Assembly: GCA_028825265.1 (NCBI GenBank)
Contig: JAPKAM010000003.1
Span: forward strand, 3,547-67,546
Length of the DNA: 64,000 nt
Direction: 5' to 3'
Source: Planctomycetota bacterium
GTDB taxonomy: Bacteria; Planctomycetota; UBA8108; UBA1146
Of the stretch, positions 41,513 through 52,097 are shown piece by piece. Under the pieces are notes generated by a model that was given only the letters and a program-made list of their open reading frames with translations, was not told the DNA's origin and made no database searches. A program made the position numbers and the translations under genes. Position 1 is the stretch's first letter. Each line of letters opens with the position of its first letter.

Positions 41513-42544
41513 CTACAGTTCGCGCCGGACCACGAATCCGGCAAGTTTCTCGAGCCGATCTCGCGCGGCACTTTGCTTGGCACTTCCACGAAGTTCCTCC
41601 AGCGCGTTTCCGATCGTATCGGTCGCTCGCTGCTGGACCTTTTCGAGGATTCCCTCCTGATCAAACCACTGCATCAACTGTGCATGGGCGGTGCTGTCAG
41701 ACTGGCCTGAAGCGGCCGCTTCCAGCAAGGACATCAGCCTACTCCGGCTCGCCTCATCGAGCCCGTCTCTCAACAGGATCAGTGGCAATGTCATCTTGCC
41801 GTTGACCAGATCGGTTCCGAGTGACTTGCCGACCTTCTCCTGATCCCCGATCAAGTCGAGAGCATCATCTGCGATTTGGAACGCCGTTCCAAGCAGTATC
41901 CCGAAGCGCTCCAGTGCGTCCGCTTGCTCGACACTGGCCCCCGAGAGGGTCGCGCCCAGGCGACAGGAGAGGCCGTACAGGATCGCAGTCTTGCGGTGGA
42001 TGATCTGGAAGTACTGCTCCTCTGTCAGGTTCAGATCTCCAGCACTACCCACCTGTAACATCTCACCGATGCAGATTTCGCGCGTGCACTCCGCCAGTTG
42101 CCGGGCGGCACCCTCGACCTCGGTCGAGATCACGAATCCGCGCGCATAGATAATATCTCCGAGCAAGATGGCCGCCCGATCCCCGTAACGGCTATGGATC
42201 GTATCGACCCGACGGCGAATCTCCGCCTGATCGAGCAGATCATCATGGACCAGGGTTGCGGTATGAATCAGCTCCACCACTGCGGCACAGAGAATGTGAT
42301 CCTGGTGGACATCGCCAAAGCACTTGCCCGCCAGAAACACGCACGCCGGTCGGATCTGCTTGCCCCTGAATTGAGCCAGATGCTCGAGTAATTCGTGAAC
42401 GAATGGCTCGGATGATGCGAACTCGACTTGAAGATATTCGCGCAGCGCATTCATTTCCTCGACGATCGGTTCGTAGAGGCTTGCCAGTGCTAGTGATTTT
42501 TCAATGGGACTCTCTTCGACGGCTCCACCGTTGCCCAAGATCAC
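41513..42544 (-). CDS. Polyprenyl synthetase family protein
   Basis: GKQIRP, LVHDDLLD..RRR, KTA, FQIADDALD. Confidence 0.93.
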   Translation of the reverse strand: MILGNGGAVEESPIEKSLALASLYEPIVEEMNALREYLQVEFASSEPFVHELLEHLAQFRGKQIRPACVFLAGKCFGDVHQDHILCAAVVELIHTATLVHDDLLDQAEIRRRVDTIHSRYGDRAAILLGDIIYARGFVISTEVEGAARQLAECTREICIGEMLQVGSAGDLNLTEEQYFQIIHRKTAILYGLSCRLGATLSGASVEQADALERFGILLGTAFQIADDALDLIGDQEKVGKSLGTDLVNGKMTLPLILLRDGLDEASRSRLMSLLEAAASGQSDSTAHAQLMQWFDQEGILEKVQQRATDTIGNALEELRGSAKQSAARDRLEKLAGFVVRREL

Positions 42545-43683
42545 CTGACGGCACCACCGACGGTGGGAAGATCATCGATCGGATGGAGGGGCAGGGCGAA
42601 GGCCTTACTCACTCCACGATGGAAGACCTTTCCATGACTGACATTGAGACCCTGGGCCTTGAGTATGTCGCGCTGAACAAAGGCGTGGAGTCCAGCCGAA
42701 GCCAGTTCGAACAGATAAGGCTGGGTTGCATTGGTCAGAGCAAAGGTCGAGGTACGGGACACGGCACCGGGCATGTTGGCCACGCAGTAGTGCACAACAC
42801 CGTCGATGACGTAGGTCGGGTCCGCATGGGTGGTCGGCTTACTGGTCTCGACGCAGCCGCCCTGATCCACCGCAACATCGACGATGACCGAGCCCTTGGG
42901 CATCTCCTTGAGCCACTCCTTGGGTACCAGAATCGGGGCTCGATCGCCGGCCACCAACACCGCTCCGATGACCAGATCTGCCTGCTTTACCGCCTCATGG
43001 ATGGCAAAAGAGGTCGAGAAGCAGGTGTTGACGTTGGCAGGCATCGTTTCATCGAGGTAGCGCAATCGCTCCAGATCGATGTCAAAGATCTTCACCCGTG
43101 CCCCGAGACCGGCGGCCATCCGAGCCGCATTGGCGCCCACCACTCCTCCACCGAGGACCACGACGCGACCCGGTTCGACACCCGGAACTCCCGGTAAGAG
43201 CACTCCCCGGCCGCCATTCTGGCACTGCAAACTTCTGGCTCCCGCCAGCACCGACATTCTACCGGCCACCTCGCTCATCGGAGTCAGCAGTGGCAGCGAT
43301 CCGTTGGCTCCCTCGATGGTCTCGTAAGCCACTGCGGAGACACCCGAGTCGAGGCATGCATCGGTCAATTCCCGAGATGCAGCAAAATGGAAGTAGGTGA
43401 AGACGATCAAATCGCGGCGTAGGTACTGATATTCAGATGCGAGAGGTTCCTTGACCTTGACGATGATCTGCGATTGTTCCCACACCTGGGATGCCGTCTC
43501 GATCATCTTGCAACCGGCACGGACATATTCCTCATCCGAGATGCCACTTCCCAGGCCTGCATTTTCCTCCACCAGCACGGTGTGTCCCGCCTGGGTCAAG
43601 AGATAGGCTCCGGAGGGCACCAACGAGACTCGCTGCTCTTGCTGCTTGATCTCCTTGGGAACGCCAATCGTGCTCACGGTCAT
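42541..43683 (-). CDS. ald: Alanine dehydrogenase
   Basis: IGVPKEIK, KVKEP, PMSEVAG, GGGVVG, DVAVDQGG, VANMPG. Confidence 0.96.
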   Translation of the reverse strand: MTVSTIGVPKEIKQQEQRVSLVPSGAYLLTQAGHTVLVEENAGLGSGISDEEYVRAGCKMIETASQVWEQSQIIVKVKEPLASEYQYLRRDLIVFTYFHFAASRELTDACLDSGVSAVAYETIEGANGSLPLLTPMSEVAGRMSVLAGARSLQCQNGGRGVLLPGVPGVEPGRVVVLGGGVVGANAARMAAGLGARVKIFDIDLERLRYLDETMPANVNTCFSTSFAIHEAVKQADLVIGAVLVAGDRAPILVPKEWLKEMPKGSVIVDVAVDQGGCVETSKPTTHADPTYVIDGVVHYCVANMPGAVSRTSTFALTNATQPYLFELASAGLHAFVQRDILKAQGLNVSHGKVFHRGVSKAFALPLHPIDDLPTVGGAVR

Positions 43684-44119
43684 TTTCGGACTCCTTCTGC
43701 ACTCTGAATAAGAGGTCTCACCAGCGATGAGAACCGACCAGGCCGACAAGATTCGAATCGAATTCCCTCGAATCCGATGATCTTCCTGCCGTGGGGTCAC
43801 CGCCACCACTGTCAATTGATGAAGGCCCCGCAAGCCCGATCACCATCGCTGACATCGCCAGCCAACCCGATCCAACTCAAGCCTAGCCCCAGATTCTACT
43901 TCTGGCGTGATGGCGTGACAAGCGATGCCGCCCTGAAGGCTTCCCTGAAGTACTTTTGATGGCATTTCCCGGCGATTCGGCCCCGCAGATCCGGCACTGC
44001 GGGTGGTTGCCTGACCTTCAGCGCCAGCAGACATCTCCAGATCCACGATTGTGGACTGGACGGCCGCGGTTCCAGCGGGTTCGATGAGACCAGATTCAGC
44101 GGGACAAGGAGGTCATCAG

Positions 44120-44761
44120 GTGTGCCCATCGGAACATGATTCTGGCCCGCTGGCATTGCTAGGTGGGGTCTTCGACCCGATTCATCGAGGCCATGTCGAA
44201 CTGGCACGAGCCGCATTACAACTCCCCGAAGTCACGGAGGTGCGGTGGATCCCGTGCCAGATTCTGCCCCACTCCAAGACCCCTCCGCTGGCTCCTGCAG
44301 CCGCTCGCCTCGACATGGTGCACTCTCTCTGTTCGCAGACCGACGAATTTCTCTGTGACCCGTTGGAATTCCACCGAACGGGTCCTTCCTGGACCATCGA
44401 CACGGTGCGCCACTACCACGACCAGCAACCGGATCGACCCATCCTGTGGCTGATCGGCTCGGACAACATTCAGTACATCGGTAAATGGAAAGATGCAGAG
44501 GAGTTGTGGCAGCGAGCGATCCCAGTGGCGGCTCACCGTCCAGGGACTCCCCTACGCCTCCAACGAAGCCACCTCCCCTTCCTCGATGATGCTCGCTGGG
44601 AACAGGTGATCTCATGGCAATTGCCGCTGATCTCAGAGGATATCTCTTCGACGAGGATCCGGGCGATGTTAGCCGCAGGAGAACCGGTCGGGGATTGGAT
44701 CCCGCAGTCGATTCACCAGATCATCCGGTCTGGAGGCTGGTACTCATCCGGTTCTCCTTGA
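44120..44761 (+). CDS. nadD: Nicotinate-nucleotide adenylyltransferase
   Basis: GGVFDPIHRGH, SWTIDT, IGSDN, ISSTRIR; GTG at 44120 follows AGGAGG. Confidence 0.92.
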   Translation: MCPSEHDSGPLALLGGVFDPIHRGHVELARAALQLPEVTEVRWIPCQILPHSKTPPLAPAAARLDMVHSLCSQTDEFLCDPLEFHRTGPSWTIDTVRHYHDQQPDRPILWLIGSDNIQYIGKWKDAEELWQRAIPVAAHRPGTPLRLQRSHLPFLDDARWEQVISWQLPLISEDISSTRIRAMLAAGEPVGDWIPQSIHQIIRSGGWYSSGSP

Positions 44762-44842
44762 TGATCCGGCCCGATGCGGCACCATCAGGAATCTCTGAAT
44801 CGTACGACGAGTGGATCGAGACACGAGCAGGAAGGAATCGAG

Positions 44843-46138
44843 ATGGCAAGAACAAGGGTTCGGGACCTCCCCGAAGCAACCGGAAATGAAGTGGTACTCC
44901 AGGGCTGGCTCTACAACCGCCGTTCCTCCAAGAAGATGCATTTCCTACAATTGAGAGATGGTTCCGGAATCGTCCAGTGCATCGTCACCAAGGATGACTT
45001 CGGCGATGAAGAATTCCTGAGCATCGGACAGATCCCCTACGAATCGGCCATCAAGCTGACCGGCATGGCACACGGGGATGACCGAGCCCCGGGTGGCGTC
45101 GAGGTTCACAGCAGCGCAGTCGAGTTGATCTCAGCCTCCGAGGATTACCCCATCGCCAAGCAGGATCACGGACCGGACTTCCTGCTCAGCCACCGCCATC
45201 TGTGGCTTCGCTCCAAAAAACAGGTCGCCTTGATGCGCATCCGTGACGAAGTGATCCGGACCATCCGAGACACGATGCACGATCGTGGCTTCACCTGCAT
45301 CGACGCACCGATCTTCACACCCAACTCCTGCGAAGGAACCAGCACCCTGTTCGAGGTCGATTACTTCGGTGAGGAAAAGGCTTTCCTGACCCAGAGTGGT
45401 CAGCTTTACATGGAGGCGGCAGCCATGGCCCTCGGCGATGTCTACTGCCTCGGCCCCACCTTTCGGGCCGAAAAATCCAAGACTCGCCGACACCTGACCG
45501 AGTTCTGGATGTTCGAACCAGAGATGGCATTTGCTGATCTGGACGACGTGATGAACCTCGCCGAGCAGATGCTCGCGACCATCGTCGAACGAGTGCTAAA
45601 AAATCGGCGACAAGATCTCGAAGTGCTGGAGCGTGACATCGAGAAATTGAAAGCGGTCCAGTTGCCCTTCCCTCGCATCAGTTACGACGACGCCGTCCAG
45701 AGGTTGAACGACGAGGGGCACCCCTTCGAATGGGGCGGCGACCTCGGAGCTCCCGATGAAGCCATCATCTCATCCTGGTTCAATAGTCCTGTGATGGTCC
45801 ACGGCTACCCCGAGGCGGTGAAAGCCTTCTACATGAAGCGTGACCCTAACGATCCGCGGATCGCTCAAGGGGTCGATGTCCTCGCTCCCGAGGGTTACGG
45901 CGAAATCATCGGTGGGGGCCAGCGGGAAGACGACCTCGAGGTGTTGCTAGGCCGAATTCAGCAGCATCAGCTCTCCGAGGAGGATTTTCGCTGGTACCTG
46001 GATCTGCGGCGCTATGGTTCGGTGCCTCACGGTGGATTCGGGCTGGGAATCGAACGGACCATCTGCTGGTTAGCCGGGATCGAGCACGTTCGGGAATGTA
46101 TTCCCTTCCCCAGGATGCTTTATCGGATCTACCCCTGA
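44843..46138 (+). CDS. asnS: Asparagine--tRNA ligase
   Basis: [42 protein letters not shown]. Confidence 0.96.
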   Translation: MARTRVRDLPEATGNEVVLQGWLYNRRSSKKMHFLQLRDGSGIVQCIVTKDDFGDEEFLSIGQIPYESAIKLTGMAHGDDRAPGGVEVHSSAVELISASEDYPIAKQDHGPDFLLSHRHLWLRSKKQVALMRIRDEVIRTIRDTMHDRGFTCIDAPIFTPNSCEGTSTLFEVDYFGEEKAFLTQSGQLYMEAAAMALGDVYCLGPTFRAEKSKTRRHLTEFWMFEPEMAFADLDDVMNLAEQMLATIVERVLKNRRQDLEVLERDIEKLKAVQLPFPRISYDDAVQRLNDEGHPFEWGGDLGAPDEAIISSWFNSPVMVHGYPEAVKAFYMKRDPNDPRIAQGVDVLAPEGYGEIIGGGQREDDLEVLLGRIQQHQLSEEDFRWYLDLRRYGSVPHGGFGLGIERTICWLAGIEHVRECIPFPRMLYRIYP

Positions 46139-46144
46139 AGATTC

Positions 46145-46172
46145 TTGCACCGGTCACGCTCAGCGTTACAAT
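46145..46172 (+). promoter_or_regulatory. Possible sigma70 promoter ahead of the dockerin cluster
   Basis: TTGCAC-N16-TACAAT. Confidence 0.4.
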
Positions 46173-46371
46173 CGGGTTTACATTCGATCTGACTGCTCGG
46201 ATAGTCAGGTTCCTTGATTTGTTACTTTTTTGCTAGGAAACAACCCTTGACCAATGCATGCCGACTTTTCCCCCGGGGCGCGGGGGAAAGTGGTTCGGTT
46301 CCCGCCGACATTTTTCTTGGGAATGCCCCCTTTTTCTTGGGCCGATATCACTCAGCCCGGAGAGGATCCCG

Positions 46372-48441
46372 ATGCGATTTCTGTGCCCCACTTTCCCTCT
46401 TTCTGGGCCATTACTGCGTAAGGCCGCCAGTTCCTGGATGCTGATGCTGCTCCTCTGTGCCCCTCTTCAGGGCCAGAATGGCACCCTTCAGGTGGAAGTG
46501 AATCTCTGCGGTGCCAATTCTAATGGCAGCGATGTCGCGGTCAACACCAGTGATAACTCGGTCTGGACCATCGACAGTTCTAGCGGCAAAATTTGCGTGT
46601 TTTCGACCTCCAGCAATCCTCCGGGCCTCGCCCTCTCCAACATGATCGACCACCCCATCGGCGCCGCCGCGGCCCCGCTGTTTCAGCCGCAGTGCTCCGG
46701 ATTGGCCTACAACGAGAGTTCCAACACCTTCTGGATCCTCAATTCGACCTCCCTCGAACTACTGGAGATGGACACCTCTGGGGCTACCGTCAGTCTGCCG
46801 GTCCCCTTCGTCATCTCCGGATCCGCCTCGGGCCTCGCCTATGACTCCCTATCTGGAACCCTCTGGACCCGCGATACCGTCAACCAGCAAATGGTCGAAA
46901 TCGATCCGGCCACCGGCAACATCCTCTCGACCCTCGAGATTCCAGGATCCGAGTTTCGATACGGTTCGGGTCTGACCTACCGCTCTTCGACCACCGGCAT
47001 CGGGTACCTCGATTTCACCTACGGAACGGCCTTTGATGCGGGAATCGCTGAGGTCCGTTCCCTGGCCATCGGCACCGGAGGACTCGAATGCTCAGGAATC
47101 GATCTCGGTGCCAACGTCGACAATTCGCTGCTGGGAATCTGCTACAACGCTTCGGGCTCGAGTTTGATGGCGGTCACCACCACTCACTTGCTGCAGATCA
47201 ATGCCACTCAACCGGCGATTTACCCCCCTGCCGATCTGGTCTGCTTGGCTGACGGCGAAGGTGCCGTGAATCTCGAGTGGCGCAACTGTGGTCCCGGCGG
47301 CGGAGGTCTCTACACCCTTCTGAGGATCACCAGGAATGGTGCCATCGTCGACACCCTGCCCGGCTCTGCCACCTCGTGGGCCGATCTGTCCGCTCCGCTG
47401 GGACAAACGCATCAGTACCAGGTACAGGGCATCGTTGGCAATATCATCGAAACTTCCAGCTGTAGCGTGATTCATGGCCCCGGTGGACTGGTCAACTCGG
47501 TCAGTTTCGTCGGAGATCGACCGAGAGATCTGGCCTACGATGACGAGATGGACGACCTCTACGTCACTGAATCTTACAGCGGCGTGATTCATGTGCTCAG
47601 TTCCGACCTGAGCCTCAAACGCATCATCGATACCGGATTACCCAATCTACGCGGCATCGGATACAACCCGATCCTCGATGTGTTGCTGGTGAGCCGTGCG
47701 GGTAGTGGTCTGGTCACCTTCGTCGACCCCCTGACCGGCTCCCCACTCAGTTCATTTCCGTCAAACTCCACCTCCATCGATGCCATCAGCTACGACTCTG
47801 CAGCCGATGATTGGCTTCTGCTCGACAGCGCGTCGAGTCAAGTGTCGATCCGCAGGATGGAAGCGCTCGATGGCGCCGAGGGGAATCCACTCGGGATCAT
47901 CATTCCACCGAGTACCTCAGGGTTGCTGCTGGGTGGAGGCGTCTCCTCCTTCAAGGACGGGTCCCTCCTCAGCGGAGTGGAAAACCTGGGGGCCATCACC
48001 AGCGCCAGTCAGTTCTCCGGATTCGGATTCCCACTCAACTTCGATCTCCCGTTGTCGGAGATGGGGAACTCCCCTGACCTTCTCAGCAATGCAGTGACCG
48101 GCTTCGAGATCGTCGGAAGCACCCTGGTGGTCGCCGGCCAGGCCACCAACACCCTCTTCCAACTGCTGATCGTCAGTGACGGACCCGATTTCATCCGAGG
48201 AGATTCCGACTCCAGCGGCTCGGTCAACCTGGCAGACGCCATCTTCACCGCCACATGGATCTATGCAGGAGGCACCGCTCCCGACTGCAGAGACTCCTGC
48301 GATGCCAACGACGATGGCCAGTTGGACATTTCTGATCCCATCTTTACATTGCTACACCTGTTTACCGGAACTGCGGCTCCTCCAGCCCCCTATCCCACTT
48401 CTGGCCCAGATCCCACCTTTCTCGACCAGATTGATTGTTAA
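46372..48441 (+). CDS. Secreted beta-propeller/FN3-like protein with a C-terminal dockerin-like domain
   Basis: Signal peptide; blade repeats (GLAYN, GLAYD, DLAYD, GIGYN, AISYD); FN3-like segment; FIRGDSDSSG..CDANDDG from 48190. Confidence 0.8.
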   Translation: MRFLCPTFPLSGPLLRKAASSWMLMLLLCAPLQGQNGTLQVEVNLCGANSNGSDVAVNTSDNSVWTIDSSSGKICVFSTSSNPPGLALSNMIDHPIGAAAAPLFQPQCSGLAYNESSNTFWILNSTSLELLEMDTSGATVSLPVPFVISGSASGLAYDSLSGTLWTRDTVNQQMVEIDPATGNILSTLEIPGSEFRYGSGLTYRSSTTGIGYLDFTYGTAFDAGIAEVRSLAIGTGGLECSGIDLGANVDNSLLGICYNASGSSLMAVTTTHLLQINATQPAIYPPADLVCLADGEGAVNLEWRNCGPGGGGLYTLLRITRNGAIVDTLPGSATSWADLSAPLGQTHQYQVQGIVGNIIETSSCSVIHGPGGLVNSVSFVGDRPRDLAYDDEMDDLYVTESYSGVIHVLSSDLSLKRIIDTGLPNLRGIGYNPILDVLLVSRAGSGLVTFVDPLTGSPLSSFPSNSTSIDAISYDSAADDWLLLDSASSQVSIRRMEALDGAEGNPLGIIIPPSTSGLLLGGGVSSFKDGSLLSGVENLGAITSASQFSGFGFPLNFDLPLSEMGNSPDLLSNAVTGFEIVGSTLVVAGQATNTLFQLLIVSDGPDFIRGDSDSSGSVNLADAIFTATWIYAGGTAPDCRDSCDANDDGQLDISDPIFTLLHLFTGTAAPPAPYPTSGPDPTFLDQIDC

Positions 48442-48451
48442 TCTGTCTGGA

Positions 48452-48479
48452 TTGACAAACTCTCATTTGTTAATAAACT
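48452..48479 (+). promoter_or_regulatory. sigma70-type promoter
   Basis: TTGACA-N16-TAAACT in an AT-rich intergenic stretch. Confidence 0.6.
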
Positions 48480-48620
48480 AGGATTACCCTTCGATCGAAG
48501 GGACCATTCCGATCCTGCCCCGCAGCAGGCCCGGGGGGGAAGAGTATTCATACCGGCCTATCCGGTATGAAGGGGATGAATTGCTTGCGGGGGGGCCTCG
48601 AGATGAGGCCTGTGGAGGAG

Positions 48621-50465
48621 ATGAAGATGAATACCTGTTTCAGACAGGTGTTCGTGGCTGTGTGGACGGTTCTGATCCTGACCCATTCGGTGCAGGCTCA
48701 GCAATCTCTCACCATCACGGACACCACCACCCAGGGCCTCGCGCCCTTTTCTACAACCGTAGAACTGACCAGTGACGCAGGAACTCAAGGCTATGTTCTA
48801 GCCGTGGGTTTCGACAACACCTTGTTGAACCCGACGGCAGCAACAGTGGAAGGAACAGATGTGGCCTCGATCGGCGCAGAACTGGTAGTCGCCGAGATCC
48901 TATCCGAGGGGCTCACCCTTGGCGTGGTTCTCGATACCGAAACTCCGTTCGAGGGTCAAGAGATCCCGGCCGGCGTCGGTACCAGTGTCGCCTTGCTCAG
49001 TTTCACGCCGACGACCTTATCTTCCACCTCGTTCACAACCCAGCTGCAGTTCCAGGATGGAGTGTTCAACTCTCCACCGCTGGACAACATCATCGTCCAG
49101 GCGGGACTCTCCGTCGATGCCACCGATGGCCTGATCCTGATCGATGGCACCGTGACGATCTCTCCTCCGCCACCCGACCAGTTGCGGGTCGAGGATGGCA
49201 CAGTACTCGCCGACGGCCAGTCGAGCAGCGAGACTCGGATCCTGCTCTCCAATAGCTCAGGTCCCGCACAGGGTTTCGTGGTCGCAGTGGCCCATGGACC
49301 TGACCAACTGACACTTCAGGAGATTTCTCTGGAGGGCACGATCACCCAATCGGTCGGTGTCGAGTTCGAGGTCATGAACCTGTACTCCGACGGTGGAACC
49401 GTAGGAGTGGTTCTCGATTTCACGCCTCCCTTTGATGGCCAGGTGATCCCGCAGGGAATCGACCAACACATTGCATCTTATCGCTACAGTTGTAACGAGA
49501 TCATCTACCTGCCCGAATCCGATCTGGTCACCGCGTTGACCCCGATCAATGGCTTCATCGGAACTCCTCCCCTCGACAACGTGATCGTCGTCGGCGGACT
49601 TTCGCTGTTCCCTTCACTCGAAGCGGGCTCGATGACCTGCATCGCGATTAATCCGCCGCCGGTGCACAACACAGTCATGACCGCGAAGGTCGAATTTGAT
49701 CTAGACTCCGGCAACTACGCATTCCACGGACAAACGGGAACTCTCAGTTTCTGCTACTCCGATCCCGATAACGAGATCCAGGGTATGACGATCACCGTCT
49801 GTTACGACTGTGATCTGACCCTCGAGGAAGGCACTTTCACTCTCGAGGGATCGATCGTGGAAATGGTCGGAGCCGAATACATCAACCACCAGGTCGATGA
49901 CGATTGCTCGGATGGAGAGACCGGAGAGTTGATCCTCGCAATCCTGCTCGACGCATTGCCTCCATTCGAGGGGCAGACGCTTCCTCCCACCTCAGAGGAA
50001 CTGCTGGTCGGAAGCATCCAGATCACCGTGGATGAGACCGCTGAATGCGACCTCGCCCAGGAGATCAACTTCTGTGACGACATCAACGGTAACGGTAGCG
50101 TGTTCCTCTACAACAACGTGGTCATCGACTACCTCTCGGTCCAGGATTTCCAACGTAATGGCACCAGCGTCGTCGTGGTTCCCCAGGAGATCTTCCAGCG
50201 GGGCGACTGCAACAGCGATGACAAGGTCGATCTAGCAGATGCCGCCACCACCATTGCAACTCAGTTCTCCGGGCTTCCGATCCTCTGTTCCGACGCCTGC
50301 GACTCCAATGATGACGGCGTCATCAATCTGGCCGACGCAGTGTACGGAATGAATTGGCTCTTCAAGTTCGGACCGACGCCACCCGAGCCTGGCCCGTTTG
50401 ACAATGGTCCTGATCCTACCGAGGACCAACTGCCAGTTTGTGATAGTGACGATACCGGCTGTTAA
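48621..50465 (+). CDS. Secreted protein: 3 cohesin-like repeats + dockerin-like domain
   Basis: Signal peptide (VQA-QQ); three repeats with QG and PF[DE]GQ motifs; FQRGDCNSD..CDSNDDG from 50193; GGAGG RBS. Confidence 0.8.
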   Translation: MKMNTCFRQVFVAVWTVLILTHSVQAQQSLTITDTTTQGLAPFSTTVELTSDAGTQGYVLAVGFDNTLLNPTAATVEGTDVASIGAELVVAEILSEGLTLGVVLDTETPFEGQEIPAGVGTSVALLSFTPTTLSSTSFTTQLQFQDGVFNSPPLDNIIVQAGLSVDATDGLILIDGTVTISPPPPDQLRVEDGTVLADGQSSSETRILLSNSSGPAQGFVVAVAHGPDQLTLQEISLEGTITQSVGVEFEVMNLYSDGGTVGVVLDFTPPFDGQVIPQGIDQHIASYRYSCNEIIYLPESDLVTALTPINGFIGTPPLDNVIVVGGLSLFPSLEAGSMTCIAINPPPVHNTVMTAKVEFDLDSGNYAFHGQTGTLSFCYSDPDNEIQGMTITVCYDCDLTLEEGTFTLEGSIVEMVGAEYINHQVDDDCSDGETGELILAILLDALPPFEGQTLPPTSEELLVGSIQITVDETAECDLAQEINFCDDINGNGSVFLYNNVVIDYLSVQDFQRNGTSVVVVPQEIFQRGDCNSDDKVDLADAATTIATQFSGLPILCSDACDSNDDGVINLADAVYGMNWLFKFGPTPPEPGPFDNGPDPTEDQLPVCDSDDTGC

Positions 50466-50568
50466 TGGCCCAATTTTAGAACAGTACTCCGAACTTGGAT
50501 CACACCAGGTCCGCAATTTAGAAGATCAGAGCAGCCCCCCGATGCTGTTCAGTGAAAGGAAGTGTTTC

Positions 50569-51843
50569 ATGCATACTCTACCAATCAGGCAGGTTTCTGC
50601 TGCCGTGATGCTGACCCTGGTGGTCTTCATCCACAGCAGTCTCTTTGGACAGAATCCAAATTTCCTCATGCATATGGACAGTGCAGATGTCCTCGGTGGA
50701 TCAACATTCACTACAACTGCAAAACTGGATGTCTTGCAGCCGACAGAAATTCAGGGCTGGAGTTTCAGTCTCTGTTCCAATCCTGCTGATCTGACCCCGT
50801 TGAGCGCAACACTCGGGGTCGACACCATGACAGTAAAAGGTGGATCTCCTCCTGACTTCGATACCACCCTTCTCTCCGCAGATGCAGTGTCGAATGGAGT
50901 CGTGATCTGCTTCACTGGCTGCTCTTCTCTGAGCGTGACGACGAATTTCGAACTTCTCAATGTGAACTACCAGGTCGAGGGATCCGTGGGACACACCACA
51001 TCCATCAACTACTGCACCGCAGGGACTCCAGGAGTCAGCACCCTAGTGGTGATCGCTGGCAACAGCGTGCCGCCAGTCGCAACGGGTGCAGACTTCACGG
51101 TCGTCAGTCCTAACTTCATGAAATTCGGTAACGGAACCGGAATCGCAGCTCAGAGCGCCTCGATGCCAGTGCTCGTTTCTACCATTCGCCCTCTCGATGG
51201 GCTGTCGATCGCTGGAGCCTACGACGGGGCGCTACTGTCCCTGTCAGGAGTTTCGGCTTCCGGGATCGCGAGCGGTGCGGACTTCATTTCAACTTCAGCA
51301 AACCTGGCTTCAGGTGAAATCGCTGCGGGTCTGATCATGGCCTTCAACACTTCCGTGGATATCCCGGTGGGTGATGATCAGGAGATCATGAGAATAGACT
51401 TCGCTGTCATCGGAGATCTCACCGGCCAAATGGAACCTGTTATTTCTCCAGTGAATTTCGTGCCCAGTGCCGGCAATCCGCCGATCCAAAACCTGATTGT
51501 GGATGGGAACTACCAGGAGACTCCGAATCTGGTCGATGGGGTCATCACCATTGTGAACTTCAACCCGTTCGTCAGGGGTGACTGTAATAGTGATGGAGGT
51601 CTCGTCAACATCGCTGACGGAATCGCCGTGCTTCAGTACCTGTTCCAGGGTGGTGCCACACCTTCCTGCCTCGATGGCTGCGACCTCGACGACAATGGGA
51701 TGATTGGTGTGGGCGACGCCGTCGGTGTCTTCAACTACCAGTTTGCCGGTGGTTCTCCTCCGGCTGCTCCGTTCCCGAATGCAGGAATCGATCCGACCAC
51801 AGGTGACGGAATCGGCTGTGACGGAGATGCGGACACCCAGTAG
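50569..51843 (+). CDS. Secreted protein: 2 cohesin-like repeats + dockerin-like domain
   Basis: Signal peptide; IQGWSFSL and LDGLSIAGAYD repeats, GNPPIQN; FVRGDCNSDG..CDLDDNG from 51568. Confidence 0.8.
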   Translation: MHTLPIRQVSAAVMLTLVVFIHSSLFGQNPNFLMHMDSADVLGGSTFTTTAKLDVLQPTEIQGWSFSLCSNPADLTPLSATLGVDTMTVKGGSPPDFDTTLLSADAVSNGVVICFTGCSSLSVTTNFELLNVNYQVEGSVGHTTSINYCTAGTPGVSTLVVIAGNSVPPVATGADFTVVSPNFMKFGNGTGIAAQSASMPVLVSTIRPLDGLSIAGAYDGALLSLSGVSASGIASGADFISTSANLASGEIAAGLIMAFNTSVDIPVGDDQEIMRIDFAVIGDLTGQMEPVISPVNFVPSAGNPPIQNLIVDGNYQETPNLVDGVITIVNFNPFVRGDCNSDGGLVNIADGIAVLQYLFQGGATPSCLDGCDLDDNGMIGVGDAVGVFNYQFAGGSPPAAPFPNAGIDPTTGDGIGCDGDADTQ

Positions 51844-51912
51844 AGTGCTCCTCGATGGCAGACTGACCGTCGGACCATCGATAAAATTGAACAACGAATT
51901 GAACACCGACTT

Positions 51913-51951
51913 GGACTCCGGAGGCACTTCCCCTCCGGAGTCCTATTTTTT
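51913..51951 (+). terminator. Intrinsic terminator
   Basis: Perfect 12-bp stem GGACTCCGGAGG/CCTCCGGAGTCC followed by TATTTTTT. Confidence 0.9.
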
Positions 51952-52097
51952 CCGGGTATTCGATTCCTACTGGCAAATCCCGGGCCCGCCAACACCGTTG
52001 TCAGATGTGGATCAACGGCGAGGTGGTGATAGGATAGAAGCATGTTGAAATCTGGTGATGTTGCCAGATCCCTCTTCCAGAACAGGAGAGATTACAA

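Noticed and set aside
44005..44045. Glycine-riboswitch-like words (GGAGA..CGCUGAAGG..UCAGG) upstream of ald
   Set aside because: No room for the P3 stems between GAAGG and UCAGG, no P1 or second aptamer, and more than 300 nt from the start codon.
43883..44100. Minus-strand frame containing CWR-TGA and CRIC (possible third selenoprotein)
   Set aside because: No start codon or RBS after the preceding stop, and the sequence does not look protein-like.
51970..51990. GG-N10-GC spacing (TGGCAAATCCCGGGC)
   Set aside because: Poor match to the sigma54 consensus, especially at the -12 element.
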